Virus record (IMG/VR): IMGVR_UViG_3300028591_000122
Span: 1-64,000 of that record
Length of the DNA stretch: 64,000 bases
Direction: 5' to 3' (one strand)
Source of the DNA: a virus
Taxonomy: Duplodnaviria; Caudoviricetes
Shown: in pieces, positions 20,294 through 31,900 of the stretch
How positions within the stretch are numbered: the stretch's first letter is position 1
Layout: the number at the start of each line of letters is the position of its first letter
Notes under the pieces: model-generated
The model's input: only the letters and a program-made list of their open reading frames with translations
What the model was told of the DNA's origin: nothing
The model's database searches: none
Program-made: the position numbers and the translations under genes

Positions 20294-20674
20294 TTATAAA
20301 ATAAATAGCCACCACGTTAATGCTATCTGAATAAAATGCAAGCATTGGTCGGTAATTAAATTGATACATAAATAGTTTGCTTTGCAATTATCAATAATGG
20401 AATGTACTATTAAATTTCCGACAAGCATAGCAACATACAATCCTATATGCAATTCGTTGGTGTATATCATATAAATTAGCACAGGCAACATAATCATAAA
20501 AGACCAACTAAAAGCGTGTTCTAACAAAGCCATAATATAATCATATTTATATAACTTGTTAGATGTCTGTTTTTGCCACCACGATTTCTGTTTCATATTA
20601 GCCAAACAACCTTGTAAATAATAATCATCAACTATATGACAGAAAAACATTACAATCAAAATAACTATTTTCAT
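20294..20674 (-). CDS. DUF3307-like membrane protein
   Basis: HIVDDYYLQ, H..ID..K and DQ.LH motifs with hydrophobic helices. Confidence 0.75.
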   Translation of the reverse strand: MKIVILIVMFFCHIVDDYYLQGCLANMKQKSWWQKQTSNKLYKYDYIMALLEHAFSWSFMIMLPVLIYMIYTNELHIGLYVAMLVGNLIVHSIIDNCKANYLCINLITDQCLHFIQIALTWWLFIL

Positions 20675-20688
20675 TCTTTATTCTCCTT

Positions 20689-22063
20689 TCAATATACGGG
20701 ATAAGACCTAACTTCGTTTTTATTTTCGTCATACTCAATACACCAAACACTATAATAGTATGGCTCATCAATTGGATTCTCTTCAATGAATTGTTCACAT
20801 TCTTCGTATGTATTTCCAACAAATACTTGCTTTTTCCAATTAGGAATCCAATTTGCTTTCTCTACTTCATTTAATTCTTTGTATACTTCAACTGTATATT
20901 CTTCCGACATATCATTCTCCTTAATCTGTTGTTGAGTAGAAATAATTTAACTCGTCTCCCTTTAAATGAGTGCAAGCATACTCATCTGCTTCCTGCCAGA
21001 GTTCGTTATATACTTTCGCATATTCATCATTGCTTCCGTGATGTTCCCATATTTTCCAATTAAGAACCATCACTAATTCGGTGAGATATTTATAATCTCT
21101 CTTCCAATCTTTAAATGCTCTTTTGTAAGTGTCTTTAATTGCATTTACTCCGAAGTGGTCTGCAATACTGAAGTCACTGTAAAATGTTGTTATCTGTTTG
21201 TAACCGCAAAATGATTCACTATCAAAAACTTTAATGTTCATATTGTTCTCCTTATCCTAAAACTATACAATTATCAACGGTATGAGTTCCATCGTGTTCA
21301 TCTTCAATGCAATATTCTAATTCGTTCTTATCATCAAGAAATGCATAGAATAGAGTATGATAACCGTTGCCTTCGTCATCGTTTGAAATAATAATGTGTT
21401 TGTCTCCGTTTCCTTTTCTTACCTGTTCTTTACAAGCGAGTAATAATTCATTAACTGTTAATCCTAAATTCATTTTTTTCTCTCCTTTGCAAACTTATTA
21501 CATATTACATAATATTTTCCATTGTTTTCCGATGGTGGATTACTTGGTTTTTCTTTTTCATACATTACGATTTCAAAATCATCTTCCGGTCTGTTGTATT
21601 CTTCCATAAGATAACCAAGTAAATATTCCGCGTCTAATTCTGCACTGACTTCATCATCAAATATCTCGTCCCCAGAATCTCCTGCCAGTTGGTCATCAAG
21701 CCAAATCTCATAAATAAACATAATCAATCTCCATATTTTGTTATCTTCTCGATTCCGTATACATAATTGGAATCTTGGTTTACAAATTGTTTCGCTTCAT
21801 TTTCGGATTGGCAAAACCCACCAACATATTCGAATGTCAGTGGGTTAAAACCATTTCTGAAACGCAAATCTTTTCTGTATCTGAAAGCAATATACTCAAT
21901 CATAATAATAAATCTCCTTAATCACATTATTGATGTCGTCTACCATATTGTCCAAGTTGTTTTCCATTTCATCAAAAACCATTGGGCGCGCATCTTTAAC
22001 AGACGGGATAATACTTTTTATTTCATATATCTTTGAAATAATCATATTCAATTTTTCAATCAT
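20689..22063 (-). other. Small hypothetical ORFs (20689-20910, 20921-21241, 21252-21473, 21470-21721 and two shorter ones)
   Basis: ORFs with AGGAG RBS. Confidence 0.7.
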
Positions 22064-22064
22064 A

Positions 22065-22259
22065 TTAAACCTCGATTCCTACTTTTTTACACTCGCGTTT
22101 CCAAGTTTTTTGTGAAAGTGGTTTGCCTGCTGTGATTGTAAATGTTCTTCCGTTCATATCTTTATAAATTACGTGACTACCACTTGTTCTTACTCTGTAG
22201 AATCCGTGTGTGTTAAGTACCTTGTTCGCTTCCAAATTGTTTAATGCTTTGCCGTTAAT
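22065..22259 (-). CDS. HicA/YcfA-like mRNA interferase fold, ATT start
   Basis: 64-aa frame ...KVLNTHGFYRVRTSGSHVIYKD...; GGAGGTG RBS before ATT; absent from the ORF track. Confidence 0.7.
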   Translation of the reverse strand: MNGKALNNLEANKVLNTHGFYRVRTSGSHVIYKDMNGRTFTITAGKPLSQKTWKRECKKVGIEV

Positions 22260-22261
22260 AA

Positions 22262-22552
22262 TTACACCTCCTTTCTATCGGCATTTCTGTCGTCTATCCA
22301 TTCAAAGTGTCCACAAGAATATCTGTAGGGGTGTTCTGTCATCTCTATAGGTGAGCATACAGGTAATGCCATATAGAAATTTAATAACAACCCTAATGAA
22401 ATATCCTTTGCGGAAGATTCTGATAATTCTAAAGGCTTTTTATCCAACTCCCATTTCGCTTCTTTGTGCGGATTGTAAGCCACATCTGTAACAAATCTCG
22501 GTCCATCGTTAGTCATAACTAATACATACCAAAAGTTCTTTTTCTTTCCCAT
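22262..22552 (-). CDS. Hypothetical protein
   Basis: 96 aa ORF with RBS. Confidence 0.7.
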   Translation of the reverse strand: MGKKKNFWYVLVMTNDGPRFVTDVAYNPHKEAKWELDKKPLELSESSAKDISLGLLLNFYMALPVCSPIEMTEHPYRYSCGHFEWIDDRNADRKEV

Positions 22553-22563
22553 AATTGTTCTCC

Positions 22564-22869
22564 TTAACTATACTTTTTAACTTCATCTAAATCAAAACGA
22601 TACACGGGATATGAACACCAACCCGATGTTTGATGCATTCCTGTTGGAGTTCCTAACTTATTATCCTTTATGAAATCTTCTGCCCAAGGACAATTGTTGG
22701 TGTCTACCGAAGCAAGACAATCATCTGCGAGTGTGTTAATGTTAACTGTCAGTGTTGCAAACGGCTCTCCAATATCTGTTATCAATGATATAGCAAGATT
22801 GTTGTTGTTTCTGTAGTTACCTATATGTGTTTTAACTTTGTAACCTTTAATCTTTAATGTATTCTTCAT
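22564..22869 (-). CDS. DUF4313-like protein
   Basis: GEPFATLTVN...DTNNCP....FI....LG..TG....SG.C.YP.Y.F. Confidence 0.75.
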   Translation of the reverse strand: MKNTLKIKGYKVKTHIGNYRNNNNLAISLITDIGEPFATLTVNINTLADDCLASVDTNNCPWAEDFIKDNKLGTPTGMHQTSGWCSYPVYRFDLDEVKKYS

Positions 22870-22884
22870 ATTATTCTCCTTTTA

Positions 22885-23419
22885 TTAAAATGGTTTCTCT
22901 TGTTCTGCGTCTTCGAGAAGTTCTTCGAAGTTGATTACTGCGTGTAGATATTTCTCTTCATTTCTGTAAGCAGTTAACTTACTCATCATTTGTGATACTT
23001 TTTCTTGACATTCTTTTTTCGTAGATGCACCAGATATTAGAGCCATGCCAGTATATTTGTCTGTTGCTCTCCAACCATCTTTTGTTTTGTCAAAATACAT
23101 AGCAGACTTTGAATCGTATTCTCCCTCTTGTCTTTCGGTTGTGTACTTTCCATTGTTAATTATAAGTGTTGCAAACATTTCTTTCATATTGTATTCTCCT
23201 TTACCAATAAATTACATCAAACTCGTTATCCCAATCTGTATAGAACTTAACATCGTCTGGTAATTGCTTCGTAATTGCTTCAAAATCGTAATTGTCTGTG
23301 TCTCCGCAAGTAATTCTCACTTTGTCAATTATCTCTTGAATTTGCTTGCCTGTGGTTGTTTCAGTAATGAAGACCACATCAGGTTCTGTTGTGTTGTGGT
23401 CTTTTAAAATTACAATCAT
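22885..23419 (-). other. Two hypothetical ORFs (22885-23187, 23201-23419)
   Basis: ORFs with AGGAG RBS. Confidence 0.7.
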
Positions 23420-23432
23420 AATACTCTCCTTT

Positions 23433-24941
23433 CTATGCTATATCTCTCATCATTAGTTTCTTTTTCTTTGCGAAGTCTTTAATAAATTTGTGAACTTCTC
23501 TTGTACAATGTTTGTTACTAAAACCTCTGCACTGAATCATCTCATCTCCTTGAATTTCCATCGTGTAATATGGTTCATCAGTTTTGTTTATTCTCCTTAC
23601 AAACAAGATAATTGAAGTTCCGTTTGCTACCTTGCTCACATAAGTTCCAACACAATGATGTAACTTCTGTCCCTCTCTTAAAATAGCGTCGCAATCTTCA
23701 GGAACAACTATCTGTAGATTGTTTTCCTCAAAAGAGAACTTATCAATGTAATTGTTTTTAAGAGCGAGATAACTTTTCTTTTGCTTATTAAATTCTCGTT
23801 TCTTTTTCTGTTCTTTCTTTCTGTTAAAGTGCTCGGTTGCCATATCGTGAGCCAATTTTAAATCTTTAGGGAACAGAACAAATGTGTTGTTTAAATCATA
23901 TTTCAGTTCTTTACAAAGATTCAAATAATCCATATAGAATTTTAACTTAAATCCGTCTTGTGAGTCTGCATATTTAGCAAACTGCTTAAGGGTTTTTGGA
24001 AATACCTTTTTAAAATCATCATACTCTGTTGCAGTGTTTGGTCTGTAGTAGTAATATTGTCTGTCGTTTAAATACTTCTCAAAGATTTCATATTCTTCTT
24101 CAGAGAAATTATACTGTGTCATTCTTTGTCTCTTAATTAACTCCATAACAGTCGGGTTTCCGTTTGCTAACAATGCTTTCCAATTTTTTGAATCTACAGA
24201 TAACATCTGTGGTAAGGTTTCTTTGTTTGTGTAACAAGGAAGACTACAGTGTAATGATGAATCAAGAAGCCTTTTAAAACCTACCTTGTAAAGATATTCG
24301 TCAATAGGTGAAGATAAATATGATTTTAAAAAACTCGAAACAGTAGAGCCAGTAAAGTTACTTGTTTGTTTAAAAATCGAGTCCATACAACTGTACTCCC
24401 AAGCAGTTCCCTTGATTACTTCCTTTAAGTTCTTCGTGTACACATTGGCAATCTTCCAATTATTGTTTATATGTAATACCGGTTCACCTGCCGCTCCTTT
24501 CCAATTGCCGTACTGTCTTATATTGCATTTTCTCCAACCATATGTCCAAGAGTTATCCCAAGTTTCTGCCAGTCCGTCATTATCGAATGTCTGTCTCATA
24601 CATTCTTTAATGTCAACATCGGCTAACGTTCCGTCTTTTCTGTATGTCTTTTCAACATCGAAGTATCTTACAATCAGTGAGTAAGAATCTATATTATCAA
24701 GTATGATTCCAACTCCGAAATCAAAGAAAGCATTTTTTGTTTGTCCTTTTGCCTTTAATATCGCTTTCCTTTTACAAGACGGGCAAGTTACTTCTGCTTT
24801 AGGTCTTGTGCCTTTAAAATCAAGGTCTACTTCGTGTTGACAATGTGTACAAAATGCATATTTATCTGCCTTTGAATATAAAATGTAATCTGGTGTTACA
24901 TCTTCTTTCAGAAATCTTTGCATTGATTTGGTTATCTTCAT
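23433..24941 (-). CDS. PcfJ-domain protein
   Basis: N-terminal CxxC pair; DYL, P.DL..AHD, EG..LHHCVG.Y, PYYTME, Q.RG..N. Confidence 0.88.
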   Translation of the reverse strand: MKITKSMQRFLKEDVTPDYILYSKADKYAFCTHCQHEVDLDFKGTRPKAEVTCPSCKRKAILKAKGQTKNAFFDFGVGIILDNIDSYSLIVRYFDVEKTYRKDGTLADVDIKECMRQTFDNDGLAETWDNSWTYGWRKCNIRQYGNWKGAAGEPVLHINNNWKIANVYTKNLKEVIKGTAWEYSCMDSIFKQTSNFTGSTVSSFLKSYLSSPIDEYLYKVGFKRLLDSSLHCSLPCYTNKETLPQMLSVDSKNWKALLANGNPTVMELIKRQRMTQYNFSEEEYEIFEKYLNDRQYYYYRPNTATEYDDFKKVFPKTLKQFAKYADSQDGFKLKFYMDYLNLCKELKYDLNNTFVLFPKDLKLAHDMATEHFNRKKEQKKKREFNKQKKSYLALKNNYIDKFSFEENNLQIVVPEDCDAILREGQKLHHCVGTYVSKVANGTSIILFVRRINKTDEPYYTMEIQGDEMIQCRGFSNKHCTREVHKFIKDFAKKKKLMMRDIA

Positions 24942-24952
24942 ATTTTTTCTCC

Positions 24953-25384
24953 TTAAAACATATCGAATATACTTACTTGTTTACTCGTGTTCGCTTTTAA
25001 TTTAGCGAGTTCTGCTTTAGCGTCAAATGTAGGTTGTGTCGCCTTTGTTGTTGTCTTTTTAGCGAGTGCTTTTTCTTCTTTTTCGACTTCTTCCTTATCG
25101 TCGAGTCCTACATATTCATCAACCCAACCAAATACTGTAGAGTCATCAACAAACGCAGTACCATTTACTTCGAATGTTTTCGCTTTTGTCATCATATATT
25201 CCCATAAGCGAGGAAATGATTTGTGTTCTTGAGCCAGTAGACCGTCATATTCGTCATCACATACGCTCTCAATATGTTCTACAAGTCTGTCGGTTGTTAC
25301 CTTGTAAAACTTTCGCTTGTTCTCATCTTTCAACTTATCAAGTTCTTCTTTAATCTGTGTTTTAAATTTTTCCAAACCGTTCAT
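24953..25384 (-). CDS. PcfK-like / AcrIIA9-like protein
   Basis: KS...W.Y....AK...G...VDDSTVFGW..EY...Q.SIFD; immediately upstream of PcfJ. Confidence 0.6.
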   Translation of the reverse strand: MNGLEKFKTQIKEELDKLKDENKRKFYKVTTDRLVEHIESVCDDEYDGLLAQEHKSFPRLWEYMMTKAKTFEVNGTAFVDDSTVFGWVDEYVGLDDKEEVEKEEKALAKKTTTKATQPTFDAKAELAKLKANTSKQVSIFDMF

Positions 25385-25405
25385 ATTTTCCTCTCCATTC
25401 TTTAC

Positions 25406-26412
25406 TTATCTGTGCTTTTCAATTAACTTTTCAATGTTATCCCAATATGATATGCAACAGTCTAATCTTCCGTTATAAACAATATCATTTGCAACACATT
25501 CCTCAATTTCCTCAACATCTTCTTCGGAAAATGTGTCTTCGTAAAAGTCATTGATGTATGTTTCCACGTCATCTTCAACGTTTCCGAACCATACCATTCT
25601 AAAAATCTCATCTCTCTGTCTGTCTGTCATTTCCGTAAACAGTTCTGATGAACTCATTTCTTCAACTCTCATATCGTTCTCCTTTCTTCTACAATATTTA
25701 ATTCACCAAGAATAAGTTGCTTTGTTCTGTCGTATATGATTTTATTGTCACTACTTACAAAATCAATGTATATAATTTTTGGTCCCAAGTAACTATAAGT
25801 GTCGTTAACTATTTCCCTTGCTTGTTTTCTGTTTTGTGCAGACACTAAACAATTAACTTCTTTCCCATAAGAAAACCGAGCATGGAAAAGAGAATACCCA
25901 AGTGGCAAGGTACATTTTGTTCTGTCAATGATGCAATTCATAGTTTCTCCTTTAATCATCTGACCAAATACTTAACACCTCAACAATAATCATTATGAGC
26001 ATTATGGCGATAAGAGTACCGCCACAAGCCCAAATGACTATTCCGTTGTAAAGTGCATATGCTAATTCTTTACCAATCATCTGCCAATTCCTTTTTTATA
26101 CAAGTTGTAGTAATAATCAACATCAACATCTAAATGGTAAGCCACATCAATCCCCCATTCATCTCTGTCTTCAACTTCAACGTGATTGATTCTGGGGTTC
26201 CAAATAATTGCACGGCTTAAATAGTCAAGGAAATCTTCATCACCTGCATATTTATCGTCAAGCCCACCATATACGTCTCCGTATTCGCAACTTGTAAGCC
26301 TATAATCAATATCTTCACGACACTCATCATACAGATTGTATGTTTCAATTTCCAAACTTCCCATAGTTCCTTTTGAGAACGGCAGTGTTAAATAACCTCT
26401 TACAATTACCAT
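25406..26412 (-). other. Small hypothetical ORFs (25406-25672, 25669-25941, a short membrane ORF, 26077-26412)
   Basis: ORFs with RBS. Confidence 0.7.
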
Positions 26413-26423
26413 ATTATTCTCCT

Positions 26424-26987
26424 TTATAATGTGTAAATATATAAGTTTCCTTTGTTGGTAATGAAATGACTTACGCCTAATTTCTTTAAGTCTGCTTCTT
26501 TGATTGCAGGCAATTTCTTATTGCCCAACCTAACATAATACTGAAGCCTATCTCCGTCTGCAAATGGCATTTTGCCGTAATCCTTTTCTGTTACAAACCC
26601 ATCGAACATCTTGTCTAATGCGTCAAATATTTTTTGTATTTTGTCGGGGAATGTTTTCTCGCTCGTTTCGCTTGCAAACAGTGTCATATCATCGTCCGCA
26701 TCGTTGTCTGTTGCTTCGTTGTCTGCTACATCAAACAGACTTGAAAAATCGTTATCGGTATTCTCATCTGTCTTATCTTCCGTTTTGTCTTCTATACCGA
26801 GAAGTAAATCGTACAGTGCCTTTAATTCCTCTTTTGTAAGAGTAATTCCCTTACCAACATTTCCGTTGTCATACCAATCACGAATGTCGAACTTATAATC
26901 CCCCCCATTCCAAGATGTGAATGTCAGTTTCTTATTACCGCCGATTTTACCAAAGTCAACTTTTGTTTTAAATGTTAAATTTGCCAT
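26424..26987 (-). CDS. PC4/YdbC-family ssDNA-binding domain fused to an acidic linker and C-terminal domain
   Basis: SWNG...KFDIRDW.....GKGITLT.EEL..L. Confidence 0.8.
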   Translation of the reverse strand: MANLTFKTKVDFGKIGGNKKLTFTSWNGGDYKFDIRDWYDNGNVGKGITLTKEELKALYDLLLGIEDKTEDKTDENTDNDFSSLFDVADNEATDNDADDDMTLFASETSEKTFPDKIQKIFDALDKMFDGFVTEKDYGKMPFADGDRLQYYVRLGNKKLPAIKEADLKKLGVSHFITNKGNLYIYTL

Positions 26988-27016
26988 ATTTAATCTCCTT
27001 TACATTTCATCTTTAT

Positions 27017-28643
27017 TTAATCGTCAAGTTCTTTTTCTTCTATGTAGTCCATACTGTTTGCAATGTGGTCTACGACAATCTTTCCAATTTCTTCAAGTGT
27101 TAAGCTTTTATAATCGGCTCCCGAAGAATTGTTCTCCGAGACATATACATCAAATGTAGTTCTGTCTAAGTCTCCGTCATACTGTTTGATAATGTCGAGT
27201 TCAATGTTCATATCAGTTCTCCTTGTTTCCTATAAATGTTAGTGTTCCGTTTTCGTAATCGTAGCGAAAATAAAAACTTGTTTCGGTGTCATCTACACAA
27301 GAAAATGTGTACTCGTCTAATATGCAGATACGGTCTTGAGGGACACACTCGCTACATTTTTCAAGCAATAAAAGTTGTGCAAATGCCGTATCCATACTTA
27401 CTCTCCTTTCTTAATCCTTGCATATATGTCACAATAAGTTGAGTCAAATCCGTCATCTACCTTTTCTATAAACCAAGGTTGATTTACAACGTCTTTGTAA
27501 TAATATGACCAGTTGCCACCGCCTATTCTTGCGTGGATATAAAGAATATCATCTCTTCCGACATATTTATTAAAGACTTTTGCCTGTCTTTCACAGGCTT
27601 TTTTATAATTATGAATAGCGGTCTTTAACATTTTTCTGTGCTTTCCGTGGATTCTATCCCATCGTACAAATTCTTCTTTGTCTTTGGACGCAAAGTTGCC
27701 AATGTAATACTCTTTACAAATATCGGTCCAAGCACTTAATTCATACCAATGTTCTTTTGGGTCCCAATGTTGTTCGATTAGCCCTTTTAAACAAAGGACA
27801 TCGTAACCTTTCAACCATTGAGAAACATCGGCAATGTCTTCATCTTTCATAAGACGATACCCTCTTAATCTTGGACAGTCAATTCCGTTTGCCTTTGCTA
27901 TTGGTTCTAAATCTTCTATTCGTACATATGCTCCCAAGTCCATACTTGCTCTCCTTTCTAAAAGATTGTTTCAAACATCCGAGCATTCAATCCGGTCTTC
28001 TCCAATTCGGCTACCTTGTCTTCCGCTTCCTTCTTGTTCTTCGTACAGAGAACTTCTCTCCATATCCTATTGCCTGTTCGTTTACTTACTTCATCCGATT
28101 CGTATTCAACTGAATATCCGCTTATTGATGGTAATGTTAACATGTCTGCTCCTTTTTCTCTTCTTTCTTTTCTTTATTGGCTTTGTATCTGTCTATAGCC
28201 TTTAATGCTTTCTGTTTAACATAATCGACATAAGAATCCATGCTTCCATCTCCGTATATCCAGAAGTGGTCTTGGTCATAACTCCACCAAACAATAACTT
28301 CATGTCCGGCGGTTACCTTTCCAAAACTGTATTCCGAATCGTTAAAGTAATCATCAAAGTTTCGTACACCGTGCATTGATAACATAAGGTGTAAATATGC
28401 TTTTAAGTTGTCTAAATCTTCCTGTGTCTGAACATCAAACACTTCAACTGCATCATCATAACAACCGCCAACCGAAAAATCTTCTTCGTTTGTATCTGCT
28501 ATGAGTTTTAATTTCGCTCTCATAACAAACAAAGCACTCTTTTCGTACTTCTCACATTCTTCGATGGAATAAAATTCAGTTCCGTCATCTGCTACATATT
28601 TTGTTCCAACTACTTTTGTTTCTTTAATTTCTACTGTTTTCAT
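27017..28643 (-). other. Hypothetical ORFs (27017, 27213, 27398-27943, 27958, 28137-28643)
   Basis: ORFs with RBS. Confidence 0.7.
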
Positions 28644-28670
28644 ATTTGTTCTCCTTTATTCTTTGTTCTC

Positions 28671-28695
28671 AAAAAGAGGGACATTTCTGCCCCTC
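28671..28695 (-). terminator. Intrinsic terminator
   Basis: GAGGGGCA-GAAA-TGTCCCTC followed by TTTTT. Confidence 0.7.
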
Positions 28696-28714
28696 GCAAC
28701 CGTGTCAAGTATTT

Positions 28715-28960
28715 TTACTTTACATCTTTAAATATTCCCTTTTTATCGAGCTCCTTTAATTTGTCTAACAGACCTTTAAGTTCTTCATCTGTAAGTGTAA
28801 TTCCCTTGCCACACTTGTCTTCTTTCCAAGGTCTGATGTCGAACTTTGCGTCTCTGTTATTCCAAGAAATCTTTCTCAATCGGAGTTCATATCCGTTCTT
28901 TTCCGAGATAACTCCATAATCTTCAATAATGTCCATCTTAATTTCTGTGTTATTTGCCAT
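28715..28960 (-). CDS. PC4/YdbC-family protein
   Basis: L..ISWN.RDAKFDIRPW....GKGITLTDEEL. Confidence 0.85.
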   Translation of the reverse strand: MANNTEIKMDIIEDYGVISEKNGYELRLRKISWNNRDAKFDIRPWKEDKCGKGITLTDEELKGLLDKLKELDKKGIFKDVK

Positions 28961-28977
28961 AATTTTCTCCTTTTCTA

Positions 28978-31900
28978 CTAAATGCTAAAACGATTCTGTG
29001 GTCTTTCTGCTCTAACCGGATAACGTTGTGCTTGCCAATCAGCATAATTCTCTCCTTTCGCTTTCTGTTCTACCATAATCTTATCCAATTTGCATAATCC
29101 AGTTGTCTTTGTCGGCTTTGCAAACTGAACTTCCTTTGTAGGACTACCTAAAGTTTCCATTGTGTACCTCCTTTCTACCATTCGTTGATTTTCTTACTGT
29201 CTTCGTACGCTTCTTGAATTGCCCTTGTTGTTGTTTCAAACATATACACACCCCCTTTATGCTATTTCATACAACTGTTTCCATACATCTTGAATAAGTG
29301 CTACGCATGAATCTGCCGTAACATTTACTCTATAATTATCAACGTTTCCGTCAATATCCTCTATGCCAAATAAGACATATTCTCCGTACTCATTAGTCGT
29401 ATATCTCATTGAAGTTAACGAATAATGAAAACTTCGAGTTGTTTTCAGTAGTTTGAATAACTGTTCAACACATTCCTCTTTGTCTTCGTTATATACAGGT
29501 CTGCACATTCTGTCTAATTCCTCTAATGTTACCTCTTTAATTGTTAAATTATCCATTGTTATTCTCCTTTCAATTCTTCAATACGATTGTTAATTACCTC
29601 TATTGACTTTTGCAATCCACTACTGTATACATAATCTTCTTCATATTGGCAATTAACATCTTCTGAATTTATTTTCTCTTTTAATCTGTCGAGTTCGTCT
29701 TCAAGTGGTGTGCCGCTACAAATTGATTTGTTCATACACTCACATTCTTTCGAAGTAAGCATACCTGTTAAACCCCTGTTCTTTAAATCATTATAGACTT
29801 TATCATCCATATCAATTATCAGTTTCATGTTTTATTCGCCTTCTTTCGCTTGTTCTAATGCGTGATAATATGCATCGTCTCCACCACAAACATCATACAT
29901 AATCTCTTTAACTTGCTCTTCACCATAACCTTCGGTACAAGCAAGGAAATTATAAAAGTCTAAATCTGTTTCGCATTGTTCATATTCTTTTCTGTACTCT
30001 GCAAAATCAAATTCCATTTTTCACTCTCCTTCCATCTTTGCACCACAATGACAATAGGGATAATCTTTCAAATCATTTTCATTTCCTGCATAAATCGTTC
30101 TTCCACAAACAGAACACTCGCAAGTATCTGCAAGTCCATATGCTCCTTTTTGCCTTATCCAATGTCCTATCTTTTCTTCAAGCGGTGTGCCGTTACAGAT
30201 TGCTTCATCAACATTAGTTCCTAAACCCATATCAACTATTGTACTTACTCTTTTATAATCTTCTTCTGATATATCAATTATTAGTTTCATTCGATTTCTC
30301 CTTTCTTTATTAACACTTTACACCCCCGTGTAATTTCTCTGAACATTTATACCAATTCCATAATGCCAATATAAGTCCAACTGCTTGTGCAATCGAAATT
30401 GTAATCAACATTACAATATCAACTGTGTCTAACGTGATTGTCATTATTTATTCTCCTTCAAAAAGTTGTTTTAAATCTTCGTATTCATCTCTCAACCACC
30501 CCAATTCAAATTCCCTGATTGGACAATACACATTTCCGACAGTACAAAGAGTATCGGGGCTTTCATCTCTTTTAAGAAACAGAGGGTATGTTTCGTTTTT
30601 ATAATATTCAAAACATCTTTCAAGGCTACCATGTGTTTTGTTTGTAAAATAATCTCTCATCTCATCTTCACTATCAAATCTGATATATCTTTTGCCTTGT
30701 GATACGTACATTGTTTATTCTCCTTTCAGTTTTGATATTTTATTGTCGATAATTTATAGATTCTGTTCTCATTCTTTGTTCTCCTTTTAAGTTTCACAAA
30801 AATTGCGAAAATAAAATTCCATATCGCTGTTGCAATTTGGACATTTATCAAGTCCAATCACATCAACCGATAATGAATATGCTTCTGTTTTTAATTCGGA
30901 TTCCTTATGACAAATAGAGCAAGTACCATAAGCCTTTTCAGTTAATAGGTCTCCTCGTATTTTCTTCCATTTACCTTTATTCATTATTTAATCTCCTTTC
31001 AATTAAACAAATTCCATTGCGGGACAATGTACAGATATGCTCTTTTCGGGGAGTCGATTAACTCCAACATTTAGATATGCCGACTCACAGTTGATTCCGT
31101 TCTTACCGCCACTTGCGTTCTTATGTTTACAATAATTTGTTCTTGTGCCGTATTCATATCTGTTTCCGTAATACGGACATTCCTCACATTTATTGACTTC
31201 AAATTCAAATGTTACTGTCATCTACTATCCTTTCAGTTCTGCTATTCTTTTGTTTATAATCGTTAAGACTTCATATTGTTCTACATATTTGTCATATCCG
31301 TCTGAACCATCTTCTATGTTCAAATGCTCAAGTTTTTCGATTTCTGCCTTTATTGTTTTAAGTTCCTCAACTGTCTTATCTTCAACAGACGGCTCTGTAT
31401 TGATAATATCTTTTATTGACTGCGTGTCTATGTACTGATGACTGTTGTAATTGAGATTTATTCTCTGTTTTAATGATTCTCTTCTGATTAAATCACCCAT
31501 TTGTTCTCTCCTTTCAGTTCTACAAAATATCTCCTGTCTTACCCCTTTATCTTTGATTGAAATTTCAAATATTCCATAGCAATCTCGTATGCTTTTTGAC
31601 ATTCTGATATTGGTATATCCATTTCTATGTGCATTAAAAATGGAATTGAACAACAAGGTGTTTTTCCAATTACTTCTACTATATATTTCGCTATTTCATC
31701 TGCTCTATCTAAATCTCTTTGGCTTCCGTTGTCTATCATATCAATAAGTTCGGTCAATAAATTTTTGACCTTTTCTTCTCTTGTCATTTGTTCTCTCCTT
31801 TCAGTTCTTTGATGTGATTGTCTATAACTTTTATAGCAGTGGTTTGATTTAATAAAATATATTTATCTTCTTCAAATTCTGCTTTTAACTTTTCAAGTTC

